Assembly: GCA_028821515.1 (NCBI GenBank)
Contig: JAPPGA010000065.1
Span: forward strand, 2,870 to 66,869
Length of the DNA: 64,000 nt
Reading direction: 5' to 3'
From: Gammaproteobacteria bacterium
GTDB lineage: Bacteria; Pseudomonadota; Gammaproteobacteria; Pseudomonadales; Azotimanducaceae
This document shows positions 56,123 to 64,000 of this stretch, piece by piece; within the stretch, counting starts at the first letter, position 1; the number at the start of each line of letters is the position of its first letter. The translations under genes and the position numbers were made by a program. A model generated the notes under the pieces. That model was not told the DNA's origin. It saw only the letters and a list, made by a program, of their open reading frames with translations, and ran no database searches.

Positions 56123-56994
56123 CGGGGAACAACGAAATGAGATCCGGGTTACGGCAAATCACGCTGCTCGTCCTTGCGCCGCTGGTGGCGATGGCGACGA
56201 ACTCTCACGCGAACGGCTCGGTGTGGCTTCCCACGCCAGGAACCGGGTCGGTCACGGTTTCCCAAGTCTCGCAGTCGGCGGACGACTTCTGGCATATCGT
56301 GAACGGGGAGATGGAGCACACGCCCTTTCCACCCGGGCTGGAGCAGACCACGACGTCCATCAGCGGCACTTACGGCCTCTCCGATGCCTGGGCCCTGGAC
56401 GCGCAGGTCGGCGGGTCCGAAGCAAGCAACAAGTACACCTTTCCCCATCCCACGCTGGACGGACGAACGGACCTGAACCTGGGCCTGACGTGGCGCTTCG
56501 TCGACGAGGTGACGAGTGACGCGCCGAGCATGGCCGTGCGCGTCGGCGCGATCGTCGCGGGAGACTACGAGATCAACTGGCCCACGGCGATCGGCGAGGG
56601 CGCCGATGGCCTGGAGATTTCCGGCATAGTCGGCAAGGTGCTCGGCGATCGTCTGGCCCTGTCCGCCGAAGTGGGCACGCGCAACCGGTCCAACGACGTG
56701 CCCCGGGAGACTTTCGTGAACTTCGACGCGCATCTCATTGCCGGGCCGCACGTCGTGTTGAGCGCGCAATACCACCTTCAGAGGTCGGATGGAGACCGCG
56801 ACATTCACGGCCCCGGGTTCACGCGTTTCGTCCTTCCGTTTGTCGACGAGGACATCAATCGCCTTTCCCTCGGGGGAACCGTCTCCCTGGGTCCCGTGGA
56901 CATAGGGCTGCGATGGTTCGACGTGCTGGATGGGCGGAACACGGCGGATTTCAATGCCGTCGCCGGTACCTTCACATACAGGTTCGGATTCTAG
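56119..56994 (+). CDS. putative outer-membrane beta-barrel protein
   Basis: Signal peptide ...LVAMATNSHANG, alternating hydrophobic beta-strand patterns, and the terminal ...GTFTYRFGF with a C-terminal Phe. Confidence 0.6.
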   Translation: MTGNNEMRSGLRQITLLVLAPLVAMATNSHANGSVWLPTPGTGSVTVSQVSQSADDFWHIVNGEMEHTPFPPGLEQTTTSISGTYGLSDAWALDAQVGGSEASNKYTFPHPTLDGRTDLNLGLTWRFVDEVTSDAPSMAVRVGAIVAGDYEINWPTAIGEGADGLEISGIVGKVLGDRLALSAEVGTRNRSNDVPRETFVNFDAHLIAGPHVVLSAQYHLQRSDGDRDIHGPGFTRFVLPFVDEDINRLSLGGTVSLGPVDIGLRWFDVLDGRNTADFNAVAGTFTYRFGF

Positions 56995-57085
56995 CCCCCA
57001 TGCATTTCGACCCTGGCCGCCGTTGGCTGCCGGGCGTTGTTTCTTCAAGGCAGGAATCCCTGGCTGACCGAGGAGTCGTGCTGAC

Positions 57086-59263
57086 ATGAAGCCGAGCCGA
57101 ATCATCCTGTTCATCGCGTTGGTGGCGCTCATCGCGCTGTTCTTCGTGTTCGACCTGCAGCGGTTCATTTCGCTTGAGTTCTTCGCCGCGCAGCGGGAAG
57201 CCATCATCGCGTACGAGGCGGCGAATCCCTGGACCACGGCCATCGCGTTCTTCGTGGTCTACGTGCTCGTGACCGGCACGTCGTTACCCGGGGCCGCGCT
57301 GCTCACGCTCATTGCGGGCGCGGTGTTCGGGCTCGTGCAGGGCGTGGTGATGGTGTCGTTCGCGAGCACCCTGGGGGCAACGATGGCGTTCACGATCGCG
57401 CGCTACCTGTTCCGGGACGCCGTGCGCGGGCGATTCGGAAAGTACCTCGCGACCATCGACCGGGGCGTCGAGCGGGAGGGCGCGTTTTACCTCTTCGCCA
57501 TGCGCCTCGTTCCCGCGGTCCCGTTCTTCGCCATCAACCTCGCCATGGCGCTGACGCCGATTTCCACATGGCGGTTCTACTGGGTCAGCCAGCTCGGCAT
57601 GATCTTCGGCACCGTCGTATACGTGAACGCCGGCGCGGAACTCGGCCAGATCGAGTCCGTGGGAGACATCCTGTCGCCGGCCCTGTGGGTCTCCTTCGCA
57701 CTCCTCGGCCTGGCACCCCTGATCGCCAAGAAGATCCTCGATGCCATCAAGTCCCGCAAGGTGTTGCGGCGGTTCAAAAAGCCGAAGCGCTTCGACAACA
57801 ACCTGGTCGTGATCGGGGCCGGCTCGGGCGGCCTGGTCGCCGCGCTGATCGCCGCCACCGTCAAGGCGAAGGTCACGCTGATCGAGCGCCACCGCATGGG
57901 CGGCGACTGCCTGAACACCGGCTGCGTGCCGAGCAAGTCGCTGCTGCGCTCCGCCCGAATGCTCTCCTACGCCGCCCGCGCGAAGGAATTCGGCTTCAGG
58001 AGTGCGAGCGTCGAGTTCGATTTCAGCGAGGTGATGGAGCGCGTGCAGCGCATCATCGCCAAGATCGAGCCCCATGACTCGGTGGAACGCTATACCGGGC
58101 TCGGTGTGAACTGCATCATGGGGGATGCGCGGATCACCTCGCCCCATAGCGTTCGCGTCGACGGCCGTGAGATCACTACCCGCAACATCGTCATAGCCAC
58201 GGGCGGCGCGCCGTTCGTGCCGCCTATCCCCGGGCTGGAGGAATCGGGTTACTACACGTCGGACACCATCTGGGAGATTCGCGAGTTGCCGTCGCGTCTC
58301 GTCGTGCTGGGGGGTGGTCCCATCGGCAGCGAACTGGCCCAGGCTTTCCGGCGGTTCGGTGCGGACGTCGCCATGGTGCAGCAGGCGCCGCACCTCCTCA
58401 TGCGGGAAGACGCGGACGTGATCGATCTCATTCAGCGGCAGTTCGCCGCCGAAGGCATCCGCGTTCTGACCAGCCACCGCGCCGTGCGCGTCGAATCGGA
58501 CGGCGGCGAGCGTGTTCTCGTGTGCGAGCAGGAGGACGGCGCCGACGTCCGGGTCCCGTTCGATGCGATCCTCGTTGCAGTTGGACGTCAGCCGAACACG
58601 GCAGGGCTCGGCCTCGAGGATGTGGGCGTGACCGTCGGCGAACGCGGCGAGATCGAAGTCGACGAATACCTGCGCACGAGCGTGCCGACGATCTACGCCT
58701 GCGGCGATGCCATCGGCCCCTACCAGTTCACCCACACCGCGTCACACGAAGCGTGGTACGCCTCCGTGAACCCGCTGTTCAGCCCGCTAAAGAGGTTCAA
58801 GGCGGACTATTCGGTCATTCCGTGGACGACCTTTACCGATCCCGAAGTGGCCCGGGTCGGACTGAACGAACAGGAGGCGGAAAGCCGCGGCATCGACGTG
58901 GAGGTGACGTACTACGAACTCGAGGAACTCGACCGCGCGCTGGCGGACGAGGAGGGCCGCGGCTTCATCAAGGTGCTGACGCGGCCGGGCAAGGACCGGA
59001 TTCTTGGGGCGACCATCGTCGGCCACCATGCGGGTGACCTTATCGCCGAGTTCATCGCGGCGATGAAATGGGGCAAGGGCCTGAAAAGCCTGATGGGGAC
59101 GATCCACATCTACCCGACGCTGACCGAGGCGAACAAGTTCGCTGCCAGTGCCTGGCGCAAGAAGCATGCGCCGGAGAATCTGCTCGACTGGGTGGAGCGG
59201 TTCCACCGCCTGCGCCGCGGGCGTGATACAGAACTCGCGCCTGCCGACATAGCGAAAGGCTAA
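57086..59263 (+). CDS. fusion of a TVP38/TMEM64 (DedA-type) membrane domain with a pyridine-nucleotide-disulfide oxidoreductase
   Basis: The N-terminal ~230 aa is polytopic (VFGLVQGVVMVSFASTLGAT...FAINLAMALT). It is followed by VVIGAGSGG, the redox centre GGDCLNTGCVPSK, and a C-terminal dimerisation domain (HIYPTLTE). Confidence 0.9.
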   Translation: MKPSRIILFIALVALIALFFVFDLQRFISLEFFAAQREAIIAYEAANPWTTAIAFFVVYVLVTGTSLPGAALLTLIAGAVFGLVQGVVMVSFASTLGATMAFTIARYLFRDAVRGRFGKYLATIDRGVEREGAFYLFAMRLVPAVPFFAINLAMALTPISTWRFYWVSQLGMIFGTVVYVNAGAELGQIESVGDILSPALWVSFALLGLAPLIAKKILDAIKSRKVLRRFKKPKRFDNNLVVIGAGSGGLVAALIAATVKAKVTLIERHRMGGDCLNTGCVPSKSLLRSARMLSYAARAKEFGFRSASVEFDFSEVMERVQRIIAKIEPHDSVERYTGLGVNCIMGDARITSPHSVRVDGREITTRNIVIATGGAPFVPPIPGLEESGYYTSDTIWEIRELPSRLVVLGGGPIGSELAQAFRRFGADVAMVQQAPHLLMREDADVIDLIQRQFAAEGIRVLTSHRAVRVESDGGERVLVCEQEDGADVRVPFDAILVAVGRQPNTAGLGLEDVGVTVGERGEIEVDEYLRTSVPTIYACGDAIGPYQFTHTASHEAWYASVNPLFSPLKRFKADYSVIPWTTFTDPEVARVGLNEQEAESRGIDVEVTYYELEELDRALADEEGRGFIKVLTRPGKDRILGATIVGHHAGDLIAEFIAAMKWGKGLKSLMGTIHIYPTLTEANKFAASAWRKKHAPENLLDWVERFHRLRRGRDTELAPADIAKG

Positions 59264-59291
59264 AGCGTCCGGGGCGACCCCCGCGGAAGGG

Positions 59292-60107
59292 CTACGGCTG
59301 ATTGAGGTCCCAGTCGTACTCGTAGTCGATGGCGCCGGCGAAATCCTCGAGTTGCGCCGCCAACGCGTCGTCTGCGTACTTGACCAGATGGGCAATCACG
59401 CCCTCCTCGGAGTCGCCGAAGTCCAGGACCCACCAGTCGTAGATGCTCGACAGGACGATGAAGTCCTCGTCGACGACATCGACGCCACGGGGATGGTTCA
59501 CGTACTCGCGGGCGCCCTGTTCGAGCAGGTCCTCCATGTTCGCGGCCGTATACGCCCTGGTGGCGAGGTTGGGGCAGCCGATGCTCGCGCAGTTCACGGC
59601 GTAGTGGATGCGTTCGTCCCGCCAGATGGGCCGCAGAATGCCGTGTTCGATGTTGTCGAGCGTCAACTCCTGGCCGGCGACCCCGGCATGAACGTCTCCC
59701 CACGGACCCGTCAAGGGTATCCAGCCCTCGTGGATCTTCCTGATGGATTCCACCGGGTAGGCATCGGTGACCACCTTGACCGTCAGCGCGTTGTAGAAGT
59801 TGATCCAGTATGCTTTCTGCTCCGCGCGGGAATACACCCGCGGGTCCGTGGCCTGGAGGCTGTCCAGGTAGGCGTTCAGCTTCGCCCGGCCACCTGCCGC
59901 GGCCTTCAGCCCGGCATAGTCGAACCGGTTCACGCCGGATGGATGGGTCGCGAGGTAGGCGTCCAGAAGTTCCTGCCATGCGCCGTGGTCGATGGTCGCC
60001 TCGTTGGCGTCGTCGCTCGAGTCCCAGAACGGGATCAACTCGGGTTCCTGGGCGGCGTGGGCGCCGAACGCCATGCATACGCCCAAGGCCAGAATGAAGC
60101 GTCTCAT
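59292..60107 (-). CDS. DUF547 domain protein (secreted)
   Basis: Signal peptide, then YWINFYNALTVKVVTDAYPVESIRKI...LDNIEHGILRPIWRDERIHYAVNCASIGCPNL. Confidence 0.8.
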   Translation of the reverse strand: MRRFILALGVCMAFGAHAAQEPELIPFWDSSDDANEATIDHGAWQELLDAYLATHPSGVNRFDYAGLKAAAGGRAKLNAYLDSLQATDPRVYSRAEQKAYWINFYNALTVKVVTDAYPVESIRKIHEGWIPLTGPWGDVHAGVAGQELTLDNIEHGILRPIWRDERIHYAVNCASIGCPNLATRAYTAANMEDLLEQGAREYVNHPRGVDVVDEDFIVLSSIYDWWVLDFGDSEEGVIAHLVKYADDALAAQLEDFAGAIDYEYDWDLNQP

Positions 60108-60110
60108 GCG

Positions 60111-60845
60111 TTACTCCTCAGGTGTCGGGCGCGCAGGGCGCAGAGCCAGTTTCAGGATCATACCGGTGATGCCGATACTTGCACCCACCACACCCCGCAG
60201 TGTGCCGCCGACCTTGGATTTTCCGTGGCGTCGCCGGCGCGTGTCCACCGGCACTTCGACCACGCGCATCTTCTGCTGAATCGCCTTGATCTGCATCTCG
60301 ACGGTCCAGCCGTAGGCCGTATCGCGCATGTCGAGGGCGGCAAGTGCCGCGCGCCGGATCGCCCGGAACGGCCCTAGATCCGTCACCCGCGCTTTCCATA
60401 GGAGCCGGATCAGGAAGCCGGCCACCCGGTTCCCGGCGATCTGCGGCGCCGACAGGGCGCCGCGTTCCACGCGGCCGAGGACGCGCGACCCGATCGCGAG
60501 GTCGGCGCCCTGGGCAATGGCATCGTGAAGGCGGCTAGCCTGGGAAATGTCGAAGGACTGGTCGCCATCGACAAAGAGCACCACGTCGACGTCCGCGAGG
60601 GCTGCGATCGCGGTGAGACAGGCGATGCCGTACCCGGGCGTGTGCTGGTTCACGACCCGCGCGCCAGCGACGCGCGCCCGTTGCCCCGTCGCGTCGGTGG
60701 ATCCGTTGTCACATACGACGATGTCATCGATCAGCGGATCGCCGGCGACGGTTCTTGCCTCCCGCAACGCGCGGACCACGGCGGCGATGTTGTCCTCCTC
60801 GTCGCGGGCGGGGATCACCGCCCCGATCCGAAGCCGTTTGATCAT
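60111..60845 (-). CDS. family 2 glycosyltransferase (polyprenol-phosphate sugar synthase-like)
   Basis: IGAVIPARDEEDNI, VVCDNGSTD and LFVDGDQS. The start is at the internal ATG at 60845, overlapping the upstream stop (TGATG). Confidence 0.85.
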   Translation of the reverse strand: MIKRLRIGAVIPARDEEDNIAAVVRALREARTVAGDPLIDDIVVCDNGSTDATGQRARVAGARVVNQHTPGYGIACLTAIAALADVDVVLFVDGDQSFDISQASRLHDAIAQGADLAIGSRVLGRVERGALSAPQIAGNRVAGFLIRLLWKARVTDLGPFRAIRRAALAALDMRDTAYGWTVEMQIKAIQQKMRVVEVPVDTRRRRHGKSKVGGTLRGVVGASIGITGMILKLALRPARPTPEE

Positions 60846-62161
60846 CAGCCCGCTTCCCGTCCGGCACGCTGGATGCGCAGGACGTCCCAGAGCAGGGCAA
60901 GGCCAATGGCGCCGAACTCGAGCGGGCGGACCCACCAGGGGTGACCGTACGCAGGCATGCCGTAGTCGCCGAGATTCAGTCCGGTGACGTAGGAAAGCAG
61001 TACAGCCACCGAGGCCGTCCACGCCCAGCGGCTCGGGTACACGGCCGCGAACGGCAGCAGCCAGAGCAGGTACCAGGCGTTGATCACCGGAGCGGCAACG
61101 AGGAATACGCCGTATACCCAGTCGCCGCGTGGCACGGCGCTACCGTCGCGGCGAAGCCGCCGGCAGTACCAGATCCAGAACGTGCCGCAGGCGACGCCCA
61201 GCGTTACCTTCGCCTGCGTGGACGAGAGCGGGATCGCGAGTGCGCCGAACAGGGCGGAGTTGAACTCCCACTCGCGCGCGAACACCAGGAGCGACTCGAA
61301 CCCGGTGGCGCCCATGACGGCGAAGGGGGCGTAAAGTACGGCGAGCGTCGCGACGAAACAGCACCAGCCCCCGAGCCGGGCGCGGATCAGGACAAGCGGC
61401 ACCAGGATCAACGCGAAGATCTTCGCGCCGACCGCGAGGCCCAGGCACACTGCGGCCCATCGTTCGCGATTCCTGGTGGCGAGGACAATGGCAGCCAGCA
61501 GCAGGCACACGCCGAGAGCGTCCGGATGGGCCGTGAACGCGATCTCCTTGATCACCAGGGGGCACCAGGCGTAGAGCAGGACGTTGCGTGCGGGAGCGAG
61601 GCGAAGCAGCAGGCCGACCGCGGCCAGGTCGACGGCGATCAGGAGTGCCTGGAGGACGGCGACGCTGCCGGGCTGGATGAGATACCCGAGCAGGAACAGC
61701 ACCTGGGCGGTCGGCCCGTAGATGGTGGGCAGCTCCGGGTGGTTGACCTGGTCGAGGGCCGCCCGCAAAGCCGGCGGCACGGTCTGGTCCAGGAAGAACG
61801 CCTCCGGACTGACGCCATAGGGCGTTCCCGCGATGGCGAACCGGTAGCCGTCCCACAGGTACCGGAAGAAGTCATCCTCGTAGATCGGCCCGCCGAGGAG
61901 CCCGCAAAGCCGGAACGCCACGGCCCAGAACAGTAGGCGTGCCACCGGAATCGGCTCGTCGCGGCGGACGGCGTGGAGATATAGCGCAAACACCGGAACG
62001 CCGGTCCATGCGACGATGCCGAAGAATGCCGGTAGGCTGGGTTCGCCGGCGTCCCGCGCCAGGTAGGCAAGCATCGCGTAACCGAGCGCGCAGAAGGCGC
62101 CGGCGGCGTCCACGAGGTGCCGGGTCTGGATTTGGGCGACGGCTGATGGGAGTGCGGGCAT
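60845..62161 (-). CDS. polytopic membrane protein, probable GT-C-type glycosyltransferase (DUF2029/GT87-like)
   Basis: 438 aa and more than 10 TM helices. The first loop contains IYEDDFFRYLWDGYR (an acidic motif typical of GT-C enzymes). It is translationally coupled to the GT2 gene. Confidence 0.6.
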   Translation of the reverse strand: MPALPSAVAQIQTRHLVDAAGAFCALGYAMLAYLARDAGEPSLPAFFGIVAWTGVPVFALYLHAVRRDEPIPVARLLFWAVAFRLCGLLGGPIYEDDFFRYLWDGYRFAIAGTPYGVSPEAFFLDQTVPPALRAALDQVNHPELPTIYGPTAQVLFLLGYLIQPGSVAVLQALLIAVDLAAVGLLLRLAPARNVLLYAWCPLVIKEIAFTAHPDALGVCLLLAAIVLATRNRERWAAVCLGLAVGAKIFALILVPLVLIRARLGGWCCFVATLAVLYAPFAVMGATGFESLLVFAREWEFNSALFGALAIPLSSTQAKVTLGVACGTFWIWYCRRLRRDGSAVPRGDWVYGVFLVAAPVINAWYLLWLLPFAAVYPSRWAWTASVAVLLSYVTGLNLGDYGMPAYGHPWWVRPLEFGAIGLALLWDVLRIQRAGREAG

Positions 62162-62292
62162 TTGCAGGCGTTAGTCTAAGGCGGCAACGCGGAGACTCAC
62201 ACTTCCAGGACTGTGGCAGACGGCTGCCGTGGCGCGTGCGCGGCACATCCCTTAAGCTTTTCCGAATCGACGCTTTGAAGAGGGGATGAGCG

Positions 62293-63501
62293 ATGAGGCA
62301 GGCGATCACGGTTCTCTTCCTGTCTGGAATCACGGCGGTTGCCGGTTGCGGCGCGCCGGAAAGCACGGAAACGGCGCCGGGAGACGCGCCGTCGCCTCCC
62401 GTGCGGGGCGTAACCGACACGGAGATAGTGTTGGGCACGCACAGCGATCTGTCGGGGCCGATCGCCATCTGGGGTGTCGGTGTCGTCAACGGTATGCGCA
62501 TGCGTTTCGATGCGGTCAACGAAGCGGGCGGCGTCCACGGGCGGCAGATCCGCCTGATCGTGGAGGACACCGCTTACCAGGTGCCGAGGGCGATCTCGGC
62601 GGCGAACAAGCTGATCGAGCGGGACGGGATATTCGCCATGGTCGGGGCCGTCGGCACCCAGACCAACAACGCCGTGCTGGATCAGCAGTTTCGCGCCGGC
62701 GTTCCCAACCTGTTCCCGTCCAGCGGTTCCCGGGACATGGTGGAGCCGTTCCGCAAGCTGATGATCAGCCAGATCGGCCTTTACTACGAGGAGATGCGCG
62801 CGGGCGTGAAGTATTTCATCGAGGAGATGGGCAAGACGACGCCTTGCGCCATCTACCACGACTCGGACTACGGGATGGAGATTTACGAAGGCGTGCGGGA
62901 CCAGGCCGCGGAGATGGGAATTGAAGTCGGCGAGACGTCGGCGCACAGGCCGACCGAAAGCGAGTTCACGGCGGCGGTCCTGCGGCTCAGGAACGCGGGT
63001 TGCGACCTGGTCATGATGGGTACGGTCCACCGCGACACCATCCTGATCCTTGAGACGGCCCGCAAGATCGGCTGGGAAGACGTGGCCTTCGTGGGCAATG
63101 AAGCCGCCTTCGGGCGCGTGATCGCTGAGCAGAAGACCGGATCGGGGGAGGGCTATTACGCCTTCGCGCCGGTGGCGATCATCTACGAGGACGACGAGAT
63201 GACGCCGGAACTGCGCGACTGGTTCGATCGGTACAACGAGCGTTTCGGCGAGATACCCGGGCTGCCGGCGATGGTCGGCAAGCGTGCCGCGGACCTCACC
63301 GTGCTGGGACTCGAGCTCGTCGGCCGCGACCTCACCCGCGAAGGCCTGATGGAGGCCCTGGAATCGCTGGCGGAGTATGAGGACATCTTCGGCAACGTGC
63401 TGACATTCGGTCCGGACGACCACAAGGGGGTCGACTCGTCGACCCTGTCCCAGGTACGGAACGGCCGCTGGGTGAAGCTCCAGACGTCCATCAGCTACTG
63501 A
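62293..63501 (+). CDS. ABC transporter substrate-binding lipoprotein (branched-chain amino acid/LivK-like family)
   Basis: Lipobox LSGITAVAGC, then GVTDTEIVLGTHSDLSGPIA...GGVHGRQIRLIVEDTAYQVPRAISAANKLIERDGIFAMVGAVGT. Confidence 0.85.
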   Translation: MRQAITVLFLSGITAVAGCGAPESTETAPGDAPSPPVRGVTDTEIVLGTHSDLSGPIAIWGVGVVNGMRMRFDAVNEAGGVHGRQIRLIVEDTAYQVPRAISAANKLIERDGIFAMVGAVGTQTNNAVLDQQFRAGVPNLFPSSGSRDMVEPFRKLMISQIGLYYEEMRAGVKYFIEEMGKTTPCAIYHDSDYGMEIYEGVRDQAAEMGIEVGETSAHRPTESEFTAAVLRLRNAGCDLVMMGTVHRDTILILETARKIGWEDVAFVGNEAAFGRVIAEQKTGSGEGYYAFAPVAIIYEDDEMTPELRDWFDRYNERFGEIPGLPAMVGKRAADLTVLGLELVGRDLTREGLMEALESLAEYEDIFGNVLTFGPDDHKGVDSSTLSQVRNGRWVKLQTSISY

Positions 63502-63538
63502 TGCGGGCGACGGACGTGCTCCGGGGGCTGACGGCCCC

Positions 63539-64000
63539 ATGATCGACATTCGCGGGGAAGAACCGCCGCTGGCGGGGGAGTTTCGGCACTTCATGGAACG
63601 CCGTGACGGCGTCGTGGACGGCGCGTTGCTGGTATCGAGGCTCGTCGATCCGGATACCGATGCGGGCTGGTGCCGATCCGAGATGCGCCGCCTGGCGGAA
63701 GTGGCGGGCGCGGACGCGGGACCGGTTGCGCTGGTGGAGTCGCTGCACAGCCAGGGTTTTCGGGGCGTGGCTCCCCGGCGCTACTACCTGTCCCGCCACA
63801 GCGCGCTGGAACACGTGCTGCGCCACCGCGAGGGCATTCCCATCAGCCTCGGCGTGGTCATCCTCGGTGCGGCCGCGCACCTCGACCTGCGGGCCACCGG
63901 CATCGACTTCCCGAGACGTTTCCTGGTCGCGCTCAACAACCGGCTGGTCGATCCAACCGCCATGCGAATGACCAGCAAGCAGGACTGCCTCAAATGGTTG
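63539..64000 (+). CDS. SirB1/YchA-type transglutaminase-like protein, 5' part (runs off the right edge)
   Basis: My own translation from ATG 63539: MIDIRGEEPPLAGEFRHFMERRDG...YYLSRHSALEHVLRHREGIPISLGVVILGAAAHLDLRATGIDFPRRFLV. No stop occurs before 64000. Confidence 0.6.
   Translation, partial: MIDIRGEEPPLAGEFRHFMERRDGVVDGALLVSRLVDPDTDAGWCRSEMRRLAEVAGADAGPVALVESLHSQGFRGVAPRRYYLSRHSALEHVLRHREGIPISLGVVILGAAAHLDLRATGIDFPRRFLVALNNRLVDPTAMRMTSKQDCLKWL

Overview
GC-rich (about two-thirds G+C by eye) chromosomal segment, almost certainly gammaproteobacterial. The block ispB / rplU-rpmA-obg-proB / rpsT / murJ-ribF-lspA followed by type IV minor-pilin genes matches the gene order known from Pseudomonas. 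I call about 75 protein genes and one tRNA-Pro(CGG), with no rRNA and no CRISPR array. Housekeeping blocks are pyk, ilvIHC-pssA-msrPQ, a DUF4212/solute symporter pair, DAHP synthase, HolD-like/rimI and bamD-rluD. Accessory patches interrupt them: (i) 0.2-4.7 kb holds a membrane protein built from tandem repeats, a decayed higBA module bracketed by a duplicated gene start, a short-repeat array and a Uma2 nuclease. (ii) A FAN1-like VRR-NUC nuclease is translationally coupled to a nuclease-helicase and sits behind a LexA-box-like site. (iii) vapBC. (iv) A ~5-kb decayed integrative element lies in tRNA-Pro, flanked by 52/53-bp direct repeats; it carries a lower-GC cassette of orphan small genes plus a Toprim/TopoVI-A-like gene. 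This is my best candidate for an undescribed system. (v) A 134-bp element occurs twice in inverted orientation. Each copy starts exactly on the TAG stop of a gene and carries a strong G-quadruplex motif. (vi) A minor-pilin cluster lacking PilY1 sits next to a large TadG-like vWA protein. (vii) A single polypeptide combines GAF-PAS-HisKA-HATPase-REC-wHTH. All calls come from reading the ORF track and the DNA by eye, with no searches run. Hand-derived coordinates may be off by a few nt.
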